A DNA stretch of 64,000 nucleotides from an uncultured archaeon (GCA_964421955.1 CAYQYU010000002.1:18755-82754), one strand, 5' to 3'; positions 20,398 to 30,672 are shown, numbered from the stretch's first letter. Notes: generated by a model not told the origin, from the sequence alone. A program made the numbers and translations.

Positions 20398-21563
20398 CGG
20401 TGCTCGGTTCTCTTGTCGTGTTCCTTCCTGATAACTGTATTGAGTTCGTTCAGGGCCTCATCTAGCGTGTCCAGCAGATCCCATCCTTCCTCGTTTATCG
20501 CTGTAACTCCGTACTCGCTTGAGAGATTAAGGTCAAGCTCCCAGCGGTGTTTTTTACCATCCTTCTCCTTCTTCTTGACCCTGAGCTTCAGCTCCTCCGG
20601 CCGCTTCAGTTTTCTTCCCAGCGATCCCTGGAGCTGCTTCCGGATCTTGTTGTGAAGAACTGCCTTTTCCTCTGGAAGGTCCGCTCCTGTGATCTGGACC
20701 ATTATGGTCTGCTGCTTTGCAAGCTCCGCGAGGTAGTCAACTAGATCCTTCAGAGTGATAATTGCCTCCGGATAGCTGTCTTCGACAAAGATTATGTCAT
20801 CTTCTCCTTCATCCAGCATCTTCTTCACTGCCTCGATTCCTGCCATGTGATCCTCGCTGGTTGACGGGTTCTCCTGCATCAGCTGGTCAACAGTTATCTC
20901 AGACATGTCCTCGCGCTCTCTTCCACCCGCGATATAGACTTTGTCGCTTTGCCTGTCTCCCGAGGTTCCTCCCGAGGGCTGTCGGTCGCGCTTGATCATC
21001 ATCCCGAGAATGTCTACGCTGTCAATAATGCCCGAGAGATCGCCGTCGCCGCCGACTACCGGTAGCCGGGAAATGTTGTTGTCCAGCATCGCGTGCCGGA
21101 CCTCGTCGAGCACATCGTCTTCGCTCACAGTTATTAGTCCTCTTGTCGCGAGCCTGCCAGTTGAAACTTCCTTCAGCTCCGTGACTTCTCCCAGAGCTTC
21201 AAGGAACTCATAGTCGCCTATAATTCCCTTTAGCTTCTCACCTTCAAGCGCCACCATCATCTTTCTTCCCGAGTTGATCCTGAGATCGGAGAGTTCCACC
21301 AGATTGTCTCCGGCATCAAATTCCGGCGGCTGGTGCATCATTTTTTCAGGAGCAGTTATCTCCGGGTTGAACTGGACGAAACGCACAAGTTCACGGTAAC
21401 TTACCGCTCCAGCAAACTTGCCTTCCTCGTCCAGAACAGGGATTGCCCGGAGCTCGTTCTCCTCCATCCTGTTCTTTATCTGGGATACAGACTCCTCTGT
21501 GGAGGCAGTCACCGGGTCCCGGTTCATTACTTCCTCGGCCGAAATCTCGAACGCTGATCTCAT
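20394..21563 (-). CDS. Four-CBS protein with C-terminal HPF/RaiA-like domain
   Basis: Four CBS repeats; tail ...ELKLRVKK...WELDLNL...EGWDLLDTLDEALNEL resembles HPF. Confidence 0.85.
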   Translation of the reverse strand: MRSAFEISAEEVMNRDPVTASTEESVSQIKNRMEENELRAIPVLDEEGKFAGAVSYRELVRFVQFNPEITAPEKMMHQPPEFDAGDNLVELSDLRINSGRKMMVALEGEKLKGIIGDYEFLEALGEVTELKEVSTGRLATRGLITVSEDDVLDEVRHAMLDNNISRLPVVGGDGDLSGIIDSVDILGMMIKRDRQPSGGTSGDRQSDKVYIAGGREREDMSEITVDQLMQENPSTSEDHMAGIEAVKKMLDEGEDDIIFVEDSYPEAIITLKDLVDYLAELAKQQTIMVQITGADLPEEKAVLHNKIRKQLQGSLGRKLKRPEELKLRVKKKEKDGKKHRWELDLNLSSEYGVTAINEEGWDLLDTLDEALNELNTVIRKEHDKRTEHR

Positions 21564-21574
21564 CAGTTGAAACC

Positions 21575-22075
21575 TCAGTCAACCAGGAACTTGTCCGGGT
21601 TGTCGTCCATATCTATGAAGTTGTCCGCAGCTTCCCTGAGCTCTTTCGCCGAGGACTTTCCGAAGCTCATGACCTCGACACGGCATCCTTCCGCCCTGAG
21701 ATGGGTTACAAGCGATGCGAAGTCTCCATCACCCGTTACAAGGACGATGGTGTCGAGCTTCTGGGCCTGCTGGATCATATCGATCGTCATTCCAAGGTCC
21801 CAGTCTCCCTTCTTCTGTCCGCCGTAGAACTCCTTGAGCTCTTTCACACGGACTTCATATCCGATACGTCTCAGGGCTTCGAAAAAGTCTTCCTCGTCGG
21901 GAGTATCCGCCTTGATAACGTAGGCGGAAGCCCTCACTAGCTTCCGGTTCATGACTGCGTGGTCAAGAAGCTTTGAGAAGTCAACCTTTGATTCGTACAG
22001 GTTTTTTGCGCTGTAGTACATATTCTGGACGTCGACGTATACGCCGACTCTCTGATCTTTGTGTATATCTGACAT
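21575..22075 (-). CDS. NYN/LabA (DUF88) domain protein
   Basis: YVDVQN, KGDWD, VTGDGDF motifs. Confidence 0.93.
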   Translation of the reverse strand: MSDIHKDQRVGVYVDVQNMYYSAKNLYESKVDFSKLLDHAVMNRKLVRASAYVIKADTPDEEDFFEALRRIGYEVRVKELKEFYGGQKKGDWDLGMTIDMIQQAQKLDTIVLVTGDGDFASLVTHLRAEGCRVEVMSFGKSSAKELREAADNFIDMDDNPDKFLVD

Positions 22076-22155
22076 TCGTTATTCACCGTAAAAGAAAATC
22101 GATCACAAGAATCGATTCTATATACAGTTCAAACGCGGTGGACAGACTTAAAAGG

Positions 22156-23112
22156 CTACCCATCGGGCGATGGATTCGGCAGGTACCGGTCGAGCTTCGG
22201 CAAAGTATTGCCGTTCCGGAAAATTTCGACTAGAGAGCCACATATAGCCTGCCTGACGAAATAGTAGAGTGATACGTACGCGACTGCCTCCCCCGAGATC
22301 TGTGAGGCGATGAATAGCGATATCGCGATACCTTTCGAGCCCGATACAAACGCGAGTGCGCGGGCCTTTCTCTCCATTACACCTAATCCGCGTGAGATGA
22401 AGTATGCTGCGCCAAACGAGAAAAGCGTGAAGCCAGCAAGTATCAGCACTCCGATGCCGAGATCGCCGAGGAATCCCAGTCCCTGAGTCTCGTATATCAG
22501 CCTGAACTGGACCGCAAAAACGAGCACTAGAAGCCATAGCGCAACTTTTGAGAAATGGTGCCTGAGGTCGTTGATGACAAAGTTCTCGAGGCGCTGGCTC
22601 CCGGCCCCAAGTGCAAGCGGTACTCCCAGGAAAAGCAGGTTGTTGACTGCGATGTCTACCACCTGTACTGATGCCGAGAAGCCCAGGAGCAGTAGAGGTA
22701 TAACCAGAATGCCCAGTATCAACGATGAACCCGAAACTATGAGCGCAAGGTCGCCCTCCCCCTTGCTGAGGTTGGAGAATACCACAGGGGATCCTATCGC
22801 CGCTGCAGAGACACCGATTGCGATGAAGGCGTCCGCCAGGGCTCCCCCGACCGCTGTAGCAATGAGAAAGGCGGTGACAGGAGTGAGTATGTAGACAAAG
22901 GAAAGGCCCAGTAGAGCCTCCCTCGGATGGTGTACAGATTTTCTTAGCCGGTCAATGTCGAGATGGAGGCCAATCAGGAAGAAGAGTATCGCGATGAGTG
23001 CCGTAAACAGGGTATTGGAAATTAGCGAACCCGTTATGAAGTACGAAACGGTCACTGCACCCAGTACTATCGCCAGGAACTCTAGGTCCAGCTTTATACC
23101 GTGGACAGGCAT
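22156..23112 (-). CDS. Bile acid:sodium symporter family transporter
   Basis: About 10 TM helices; FFLIGL and SKGE..LA motifs. Confidence 0.8.
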   Translation of the reverse strand: MPVHGIKLDLEFLAIVLGAVTVSYFITGSLISNTLFTALIAILFFLIGLHLDIDRLRKSVHHPREALLGLSFVYILTPVTAFLIATAVGGALADAFIAIGVSAAAIGSPVVFSNLSKGEGDLALIVSGSSLILGILVIPLLLLGFSASVQVVDIAVNNLLFLGVPLALGAGSQRLENFVINDLRHHFSKVALWLLVLVFAVQFRLIYETQGLGFLGDLGIGVLILAGFTLFSFGAAYFISRGLGVMERKARALAFVSGSKGIAISLFIASQISGEAVAYVSLYYFVRQAICGSLVEIFRNGNTLPKLDRYLPNPSPDG

Positions 23113-23246
23113 GGAAAAGTTTAGAGCGCTGCCCGTTTATTTAACTATCATACAAAGTTGTGCTCTCACTTCCCCTGGAACGTCTGGTGTTAAGTATATC
23201 TTTTCATTTAAACCAGAGGAGGGATATTAAGCACAGGAGGTAATAA

Positions 23247-23616
23247 ATGGACGTCATAGATGAAATGGTGGATGATATTCCGACCGAGAGACCCTGGGAA
23301 GAAATCAACATGGCCCTGGGAAACGATACACGGAGATACGTGATTTACCATTTCATAGAGCATGAAAAAGACGTTGAAAACGAAGAAAGACTGGCGGAAG
23401 AAGTTGTAAAGAGAAAAAAACGAGATTGGGTCGGGTGGGCTTGTATCCATCGGAAACGAAAGAATCAGGTTAAGACATTCAACTATTCCAAAACTGGAGG
23501 ACCTTGGATTTATCGAATACGATGAGAGAACAGGCGATGTTGTCTACAACGCCGATCCTGACCTGGAGGCAATCGCGAGGTTTGCTCTCCAGTACGAAAG
23601 AAAGCACCTTCTCTGA
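23247..23616 (+). pseudogene. Frameshifted haloarchaeal-type wHTH regulator (DUF7344-like)
   Basis: ALGNDTRRYVI N-half; the +1 frame after the A7 run (23414-23420) gives LRHSTIPKLEDLGFIEYDERTG...LL*. Confidence 0.75.
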
Positions 23617-23692
23617 GTTCTTTGTACATTCGACTGGCTTTGTGAGACTGTAACTTTACTTTTAATTGAAAATAACCTTATTCAGCCATGTT

Positions 23693-24844
23693 ATGACACA
23701 GGACCCCTCTCGAAGGCAGGTTCTCAAAGCTCTGGGAGGAACCGCCGCACTGGCATCCGCTGCAGGATGTTCAAGTATTGAAGACCTTACCGGCGGTGGT
23801 GCCCCGGAAACAACCCCGACTCCAGAGGAAAATGGTACAAACACGACCCCGGACAAGGACCGGGACCTCCAGGACGACCTGAAACGGCTGAACAACTTCA
23901 AGCTCGGGGAGAGAGGCTTCGAGTCCTGGGAAGATGCCAACAGAATTCTCACAGTTGACGGCGCCCGTAATATCGAGGGAGCTGTGAGAATTCAGGATGT
24001 AACAGGAGAGGGAGAAATACAGGCAAGGTACCTCCAGGGAGCCGGGGCGGTCGAGGCCTTCCTTGCGGATTCTGCGTACAGGATGGGCGAGTTACTTCGG
24101 GTGGTGATGGATGGCGAACTCGAAAACAACAGTTTCAACTCGCTAGCGCTGTCAGCCATTGACCAGGAAGGATTCGGTTATGGTATACGGATGAACGAGG
24201 AGCTCACCAAAAACTTCTACAACCAGATTGAGGGCCTCGGGGACCAGGGGCTTGACTCTGAGATGCAGTCCATGCTCATCCAGCCGGAGAAAGGCAAGAC
24301 AAACAGGTATCATGCCCCGGAGGACAAGACGCCTGGCATCTACCTGGAGCAGGGACAGAGAAGAAATCTCAGTTTCGGTGACGAGACATATATTGTCCAG
24401 GCTCTTGATATAAGGAACGAAGGAGCCGAAATACTGGTAAAAACCGGTGATGAAGAGGTAACGCCGTTCATAGAGTTTGATACGCTGGAAAGAGTGGAAA
24501 ACCGGCGCCTTAGAGCAGTCGATGACCCTGTTGGAGACTACGGTGATGGAATAGCCGTCGAATCACTCCTCCTGGACTGTGACAAATTGCAGGAAAATAT
24601 CTATACCGGCGACACGCGCAACCTCACTCACAGGGATCATGACTACGCGATTGAGGTAGAAGAAATTCTTGACGGTGAAAGAGTCAATATCACGAACCAC
24701 GATCCTGGGGGCAATGAGATCATCAAGGAGCTGGGGCAGGGAGACCGATACGAGTTCGACATGAATATGAGCTACACCTTCGACCAGGTTCTGCAAACTA
24801 ATGGAAGCGAGGGTGTCGCAGTTATCTCGGTCGAGCAGTGCTAG
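23693..24844 (+). CDS. Tat-exported lipoprotein
   Basis: SRRQVLK twin-arginine motif, AAGC lipobox, Pro/Thr linker. Confidence 0.8.
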   Translation: MTQDPSRRQVLKALGGTAALASAAGCSSIEDLTGGGAPETTPTPEENGTNTTPDKDRDLQDDLKRLNNFKLGERGFESWEDANRILTVDGARNIEGAVRIQDVTGEGEIQARYLQGAGAVEAFLADSAYRMGELLRVVMDGELENNSFNSLALSAIDQEGFGYGIRMNEELTKNFYNQIEGLGDQGLDSEMQSMLIQPEKGKTNRYHAPEDKTPGIYLEQGQRRNLSFGDETYIVQALDIRNEGAEILVKTGDEEVTPFIEFDTLERVENRRLRAVDDPVGDYGDGIAVESLLLDCDKLQENIYTGDTRNLTHRDHDYAIEVEEILDGERVNITNHDPGGNEIIKELGQGDRYEFDMNMSYTFDQVLQTNGSEGVAVISVEQC

Positions 24845-25680
24845 TTCCTGAGACTCCTGATTTTCTCGATGTTTCTCCCAAAATCATCCTGTCCACCTGG
24901 AGTCTCTAGCATCATCGGCAGGTTCTCTAGTTTCTCCGAGTTGACGACGTTCCTGAATCCTTCCTCACCAATATTGCCCTCGCCGATGTGCTCGTGGTTG
25001 TCCTTCTCGCTGCCCCGGGGATCTTTTGAATCGTTGAGGTGGAGAACCTTGATGCGGTCAAGCCCGAGGTCCTCCTCGAGCTCCTGGACCATATCCTCGA
25101 ATCCCTCCTCGCTTCTCAAGTCATAGCCCGCTGAGTGTGCGTGGCAGGTGTCAACACAGACACCTATCTTCTCATCGGGAGTATCTGCATGATCGATCAT
25201 CTGCCGGAGCTCCCCAAAACTTTTGCCGAGCGTCGTACCCTTGCCTGCAGTGTTTTCGAGCAATAGAGTGACTCCTTCAGGGATATCGAGCGAGTCGATA
25301 CCCTCCGCGATACGTTCAATGCCGTTTTCCCTTCCCGAGCCCGTGTGGGCGCCGGGATGAAAGACCACGTATTCTACTCCTAATATTTCTGCAGCCTCCA
25401 GCTCTGCCTGGAGACAGTTAAGCGATTTCTCGAAAAGGTCGTCCTTCGGCGTCGCGAGATTAACAAGATAGGTTGAGTGGATCACGTAGGGTTTCTGGTC
25501 TTTCTTTTCCATAAGTTCCTGGAATTTTTCTCCTTCTTCCCCTGAATACTCGGCGACCTTCCAGCCCCGGGGACTTCCCGCAAAGATCTGGCCACAGTTG
25601 CCGCTGATTTTTTCCTGGCGTTCAATAGCTTTTTCCACTCCTCCGGAAACCGAAACGTGTGCACCTATTCTGAAACTCAT
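24841..25680 (-). CDS. nfo: Endonuclease IV
   Basis: GAHVS, HPG, ENTAG, DTCH, HLNDS, HEHIG, LETP. Confidence 0.96.
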   Translation of the reverse strand: MSFRIGAHVSVSGGVEKAIERQEKISGNCGQIFAGSPRGWKVAEYSGEEGEKFQELMEKKDQKPYVIHSTYLVNLATPKDDLFEKSLNCLQAELEAAEILGVEYVVFHPGAHTGSGRENGIERIAEGIDSLDIPEGVTLLLENTAGKGTTLGKSFGELRQMIDHADTPDEKIGVCVDTCHAHSAGYDLRSEEGFEDMVQELEEDLGLDRIKVLHLNDSKDPRGSEKDNHEHIGEGNIGEEGFRNVVNSEKLENLPMMLETPGGQDDFGRNIEKIRSLRN

Positions 25681-25847
25681 GTTGAAAAATTCCGGATACT
25701 AACTTCAAAATAGTTTCGAGTCATGAAAATTGTCTACTGACGTACTTTACGCCCTGGGCATGGGAGACCGGGTTGTTGACGACACTTTGTTGAACCGGCC
25801 TGTCCCGGCTAGTTGAGGGTGACCGGGAAAATAACTGAACTTGTTGA

Positions 25848-27206
25848 CTAGATCTTGTAGCTGTCTAGAGGCTCCAGAACTTCAGCTGTTTTCTGGGGTC
25901 TTGAACCTTCTATGGAGCCTCCTATCTCAACAAGAGCGTATTCCACTCCAGGTTCTGCTCCTTCAATCACGTACGGTAGGCCGCTGCCATAGTGCTTCCC
26001 CCATGTTTCGCCTCCATCAGTTTCAACCATTTCGACAACTTTGACTTCCGGTTCGAGAGTATGCAGGTCCTGGTTCAGTTCGGCAATATCTTCCAGACCT
26101 CTATCTTCAAGGATGTTATGCACCGGTTCAAGGTCCAGGTCTTCTCTCTTATTTCCATTAGACTGTTCCCGTAACCGTCCTTTATTCTCCAGTTTTCTCC
26201 TGCGTTCCAGTTCTTCCCGGGATTCCGGGTTAGGCGAGGTGCCAGGCCTGAAGCCTTCTGATCCCCTGCCCGGTGTTCTCCTGGAACTTCTTCTGTTTCC
26301 AGTATGGTTGTTCCTGAAGCTTCTATTGTTTGATTCTCCGTCCCATTGAGTGAATATTTCTCTTTCCTGCCGGCTTTCGTCCTCGCTCTCGTTTCTTTCC
26401 TCTACTTCCGAGATAAACTCATCCCAGTAGCTGGGATTATAATCTATTACATTGAGCCCTGCATCCAGTGTCTCTGCCAGTTGTTCCGCCACTATATAGA
26501 TTTCACTTCTTTCTTTGAGTTCCCCTGACACAGATTCAGTATCGTAGATCTGAGAGAAATCTTCCACATCGTATCCCGGAGTTAGAACATCGAGCTGGGG
26601 CGGAGGATGGTCCTGCATGAGCTCCTCGTCGAGCCGGTCCAGTATTTCTAGGTTCTCATCGCTGAAGCCAGTTACTTCATCTTCGGGGCTGTTGATTCTT
26701 TCCAGCATCCTCAGTCTCTCCACGAGTTCTTCTCCTGCCTGGTATCTCTTTCCTCTTGTCCTTCCCTCTGCTTGGAGATAGTCGTTATCTACCAGCTTTA
26801 ATCTTATATTACTGACATACGAACTGTTATCTCCGAATTCTAATCCTCTTTCAAGTATCTTTCTTCGGGTTTCTTCACGCTTTTCTCCTTCTATAGCACC
26901 GGTCATTACATACAGGTCTCTTCCAAATGTTTCCTCGAGAGTTATATCCTGATGAGCGGAGGACTGGAATTCTGGTGGGCTGGAGTAAGTTTTGGCTCCT
27001 CTTTTCCCTCTTGACTGGAGAAAACCTTCTTCCTCAAGTTCACTGGTCCATTCAGAAACAGTTCTTTGATGGATGTCAAGAAGATCAGCGATCGTAGAAT
27101 CCGAGACGTTTCTTACCCTTGCTTTCCAGAGAGCTTTTTCTTCAGGATCAAGCCCCAGGAGCTTTTCATCTACTGATGTTTCATTCCTTCTGGTCTCGGA
27201 ACTCAC
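25848..27206 (-). CDS. Winged-HTH protein with low-complexity linker and C-terminal TRAM-like domain
   Basis: IADLLDIHQRTVSEW..LEEEGFL; C-terminal GLPYVIEGAEPG...VEI...TAEV. Confidence 0.7.
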   Translation of the reverse strand: MSSETRRNETSVDEKLLGLDPEEKALWKARVRNVSDSTIADLLDIHQRTVSEWTSELEEEGFLQSRGKRGAKTYSSPPEFQSSAHQDITLEETFGRDLYVMTGAIEGEKREETRRKILERGLEFGDNSSYVSNIRLKLVDNDYLQAEGRTRGKRYQAGEELVERLRMLERINSPEDEVTGFSDENLEILDRLDEELMQDHPPPQLDVLTPGYDVEDFSQIYDTESVSGELKERSEIYIVAEQLAETLDAGLNVIDYNPSYWDEFISEVEERNESEDESRQEREIFTQWDGESNNRSFRNNHTGNRRSSRRTPGRGSEGFRPGTSPNPESREELERRRKLENKGRLREQSNGNKREDLDLEPVHNILEDRGLEDIAELNQDLHTLEPEVKVVEMVETDGGETWGKHYGSGLPYVIEGAEPGVEYALVEIGGSIEGSRPQKTAEVLEPLDSYKI

Positions 27207-27249
27207 AACGTCCTATAGGGATACGAGTTTTATTTATTCTATGGTGACA

Positions 27250-27810
27250 TCACGTGTCGTGGTCCTGGTAGGGTTCGCCGTACTTGTCGCTGAGAAGATT
27301 GACTGCAGCCTTTGCGCCGTCACCCATTGCCACTGATGTCTGGTACTCCCAGGTGTTGATCAAGCCTGCTGCGTAAAGGCCTTCCATTATGCGGTTGCCG
27401 TTGTTGGTTACCACGTGTTCATCCATCCAGTAAGGGCCTTCCACACCCTCCTCGAACTCGATATCAAGAGGCTCGAGGTAGTCGGTCATCCCTGCGCTTG
27501 CGACTATAACGTACTCGGCCTCGTACTCGTCTTCCTCGGTGGAAACCTTGAACCTACCATCGTTTTTCTCCAGCTTCTCGACGGTTTCCTCACGGTACTC
27601 CCCATCGAACTCCTCGAGCTTGTCTCTGCCGCTTCTCAGAAGTTCTTGTCCCGAGATCGATTCGTGACCGACCAGGTTCTGGATGTTCGCGGTGTTGTAA
27701 ACCAGTGATTCATCCGAGTCGAGAACCAGGGTTTCCTCCCCAGCTTTTGAAGTAAAAACCCCGGCCTGTAGACCGGAGATACCGCCCCCGATCACGATTA
27801 CATCCTTCAT
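27250..27810 (-). CDS. FAD-dependent oxidoreductase (short thioredoxin-reductase-like)
   Basis: IGGGISG, GLYAAG, AMGDGAKAA. Confidence 0.88.
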   Translation of the reverse strand: MKDVIVIGGGISGLQAGVFTSKAGEETLVLDSDESLVYNTANIQNLVGHESISGQELLRSGRDKLEEFDGEYREETVEKLEKNDGRFKVSTEEDEYEAEYVIVASAGMTDYLEPLDIEFEEGVEGPYWMDEHVVTNNGNRIMEGLYAAGLINTWEYQTSVAMGDGAKAAVNLLSDKYGEPYQDHDT

Positions 27811-28000
27811 GGCAACTTTTTGAGACCCGATAATTAAGAATACTTCCTCTGATCCTCAGAGATATCTACGGGATTGATATGACCCGGCCCCGGGATGGAG
27901 AAAGTTTTTGTAGAGCTGGAAGATGAAGAATTGGTGATGAAGATTGCAAGTCCAGAAGACTTTAAAGGATACTTTTCTAGATTTGCCAGGAGAAATACAC

Positions 28001-28540
28001 TTAGTCTTGCCAGATCGGGGATAATTTTTCCGTGATTCTTGAAAGCCTCCTACAGAGGTATAAACCGAATGAATCCTCGGAATTATCGGCTTTAACATAC
28101 TCCTCGAGGTGCTGATTATCCGGGTAAACCTCATCTGCAAGCGCCCATTTCACCTCATCAAAGTGTTCTCCTGGCTCTACTAGCCCTCGATCCTTGTTGT
28201 ATTCCACAAGGTCAATTTTATCAAGAGTGTCGAGATGGCCCTGGTAAAGACCCACATAAACCTTTTCACGCTCTCCAGAGGTAATCTGCTCCGGGCTTTT
28301 GTCATTCTCAATTGCAGCAACGTGTTCAGCTAGTTCCCCCGTCTTGAAAGATTCCTTATGATCTCTATTCTCAAGCATGTACTCCATAATGTAGCGTCGT
28401 CGATTATTGCTGAGTAGTGTGAAAAGAGTGTTTTTGTCCAGCTCCTGATCTTCCTCCAGTGCGTCTTTTACAGCTTCAAGCTCATCATCTAGTTGATCCT
28501 GTTCTTCTGGACCCCTATTTTCATTTTTATCATCGTCCAT
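28001..28540 (-). CDS. Haloarchaeal-type wHTH protein (DUF7344-like)
   Basis: LLSNNRRRY..ELAEHVAAIEN..VYVGLYQGHL..L...DLVEY. Confidence 0.85.
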   Translation of the reverse strand: MDDDKNENRGPEEQDQLDDELEAVKDALEEDQELDKNTLFTLLSNNRRRYIMEYMLENRDHKESFKTGELAEHVAAIENDKSPEQITSGEREKVYVGLYQGHLDTLDKIDLVEYNKDRGLVEPGEHFDEVKWALADEVYPDNQHLEEYVKADNSEDSFGLYLCRRLSRITEKLSPIWQD

Positions 28541-28634
28541 GGTATCAGAGTGGTTATCATGTGTGGGGTGTTCCAAGCTGGTTATGTAGAGATGAAATCG
28601 CGGAAAAATACAAAAGAAAGAGGGAGAAAGCCCC

Positions 28635-29243
28635 TCAGTCTTCAAAAGTTTCCACTATGTCCCGATAGCGTTCAGTCACGGAGGACCAGTCGACGACCTC
28701 GAAGAAATTCTCTATGAAGTCGCCGCGATCAGGCCCATAGTCGTGGTAGTAGCTGTGTTCCCATACATCAAGCGCCAGTATTGGATGTGCGCCCCAGACC
28801 GCGCCCTGGTCGTGCTTGTCAACCACCACGTTGTGCAACTCGTTGCTGTATGGAACGTAGACAAGTAATGCCCAGCCGGACGCGTTCTTTGCCGCGGCGA
28901 CAAACTCTTTCTTCCAGTTATCGTACGATCCAAAGTCTTCCTGGATGCGCTCTCTCAGCTTGCCTTCCGGCTTCCCTCCCCCGTCCGGAGCCATCGAGTC
29001 CCAGAAGACGTTGTGGAGAATGTTGCCGCAGAAGTTGTGGGTGAAACTCCTGAGGATCGAACCCGTGTCCGAAAAATCTCCTTTTTCACGCTGTTTATCA
29101 AGATTTTTTTCGGCGTCATTCCAGCCGTTGACGTATCCCTGGTGATGGGTGTCGTGGTGCCATTCAAGCACCTGCCGGGAGATGTGCGGGGTTAGAGCAT
29201 CGTAATCGTATGGAAGTTTCATCAGTCCGTGTTCTTCAGACAT
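28635..29243 (-). CDS. sod: Fe/Mn superoxide dismutase
   Basis: WHHDTHHQGY and DVWEHSYY. Confidence 0.97.
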   Translation of the reverse strand: MSEEHGLMKLPYDYDALTPHISRQVLEWHHDTHHQGYVNGWNDAEKNLDKQREKGDFSDTGSILRSFTHNFCGNILHNVFWDSMAPDGGGKPEGKLRERIQEDFGSYDNWKKEFVAAAKNASGWALLVYVPYSNELHNVVVDKHDQGAVWGAHPILALDVWEHSYYHDYGPDRGDFIENFFEVVDWSSVTERYRDIVETFED

Positions 29244-29330
29244 AGAGAATTCACCTATGCTTAAAGCTTGTAAGAAGAGAGTTAAACAGTTTAGGGTGGA
29301 AATAGAAAGGGAAGAAAAAGGAGTCGGGAG

Positions 29331-29963
29331 TTACTGTCCCGAACTGTTGAGCTGTGGTTGCTGCTGTGCCTGGGCCAGCCTCTGCTGTAGAGGCACCGGG
29401 TTCATCATCTGGCCTGTCAGAGGATTGGTCTGGATCGGTATCAGTAGTTCACCGTCAAAGGTAACATAAGCCGGCTGTGACTGGCTGACCGTGCCGTTCG
29501 GACCATCCCGAGACATGCTGACATTGACGTAGTACAGTCCATGCCTTGCTTCTGGTGTGGAAACTTCCACACTGCCGTTGAATCCGCCAGCGGATATAAG
29601 CTCACGGACATCTCCCTGTACCTGTGAAGCAGCGACTCTATCCTGGCCTCCCGCGCCGGGCGACATCACAAAGCTCGCGGCTACAAGGCCGACGAGGAGT
29701 CCGACAATCAGGCCTCCTCCAAGGGCTGAAACAGGTGAGACCGAGCTAAGCAACATTTCGTCCTCTGCATCTTCTTTGCCAATCTCGTACTCCTGCTGTT
29801 CGAGCTGCTTCTCGATCCACTCCCTGAGAGTCTTCCTGTTCTTACCATCGATCTCCAACTCAAGAAGTTCCTCAAAATCAGCTTCTTCAAGCTCTCTTAT
29901 AGCATTTTTCGCCTCTTTAACTGTTCCATCAAGAATGTCTTCATAATCCGTATTATCTGCCAT
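29331..29963 (-). CDS. Membrane protein with acidic N-terminal domain
   Basis: GKNRKTL domain, one TM helix, DsbC-N-like YVTFDGELL tail. Confidence 0.7.
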   Translation of the reverse strand: MADNTDYEDILDGTVKEAKNAIRELEEADFEELLELEIDGKNRKTLREWIEKQLEQQEYEIGKEDAEDEMLLSSVSPVSALGGGLIVGLLVGLVAASFVMSPGAGGQDRVAASQVQGDVRELISAGGFNGSVEVSTPEARHGLYYVNVSMSRDGPNGTVSQSQPAYVTFDGELLIPIQTNPLTGQMMNPVPLQQRLAQAQQQPQLNSSGQ

Positions 29964-30056
29964 ACACAAGCTTTAAAGCCAGAATCTTTTAAAAATTATT
30001 AGGAGAGACCGAAGGAGAGCATTCTCTGCCGGATAAAATCCTGGAAGTTAATTGGG

Positions 30057-30559
30057 TTACTGTATGTAGCCGATCTCTGTTCCGAATCCAGCCCTTTCAA
30101 ATATTGTGGCAATATCTGATACGCGCTCTTCTGCATCTTCTTGTGTGTATGGCGGTAGCGTTTCAGCGGTTTCGAGTTTGAAATAATCGTCTGGTGCCAG
30201 GGTACATATCGGATGATTGTACCGTATGCCGGGAGTTCTTTACCATGGTCTTCAACTATCGGCTCCACCAAGTCTATGTCTCCACGCACAGCCCGTTGAA
30301 TAAATGGAGTGCCGTCCCTCTCCTCTCTAACCGTGTCAGCGAACTCCTCACCACTGAGATAGATACTGATTGAATCCTCCTCCACTACCTCATCCAACAT
30401 AGCTTCGAAAGCATCCAGCGGATTGTCCGCAGTATTGACGTAATCATAACCCTGGAGGAAAACCTGGTACTCCTGTATATCGTATCCGGACTCTTCCAGC
30501 GCCTGTCCTGCTGTGCTGAACGTATCGACAAAACGTGTTTTGAAATCAGACCTCGACAA
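30057..30559 (-). pseudogene. Hypothetical protein with apparent frameshift near 30200
   Basis: Acidic N-half switches to a basic tail; the alternative frame gives acidic PDDYFKLETAETLPPYTQEDAEERVSDIATIFERAGFGTEIGYIQ*. Confidence 0.6.
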
Positions 30560-30672
30560 CTAGGACTAACTGATGACAACTCTTTTATCTTGGCTGTATC
30601 AACCAAGGGAAACATGGGGTCTCGAACTACAGAATTCGGTTTTGATAGCTTGTTAAAAGTAAATATTGAAGT

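Noticed and set aside
25755-25810. Imperfect hairpin between nfo and the wHTH gene as an ncRNA
   Set aside because: A single weak stem with no recognisable motif; insufficient support
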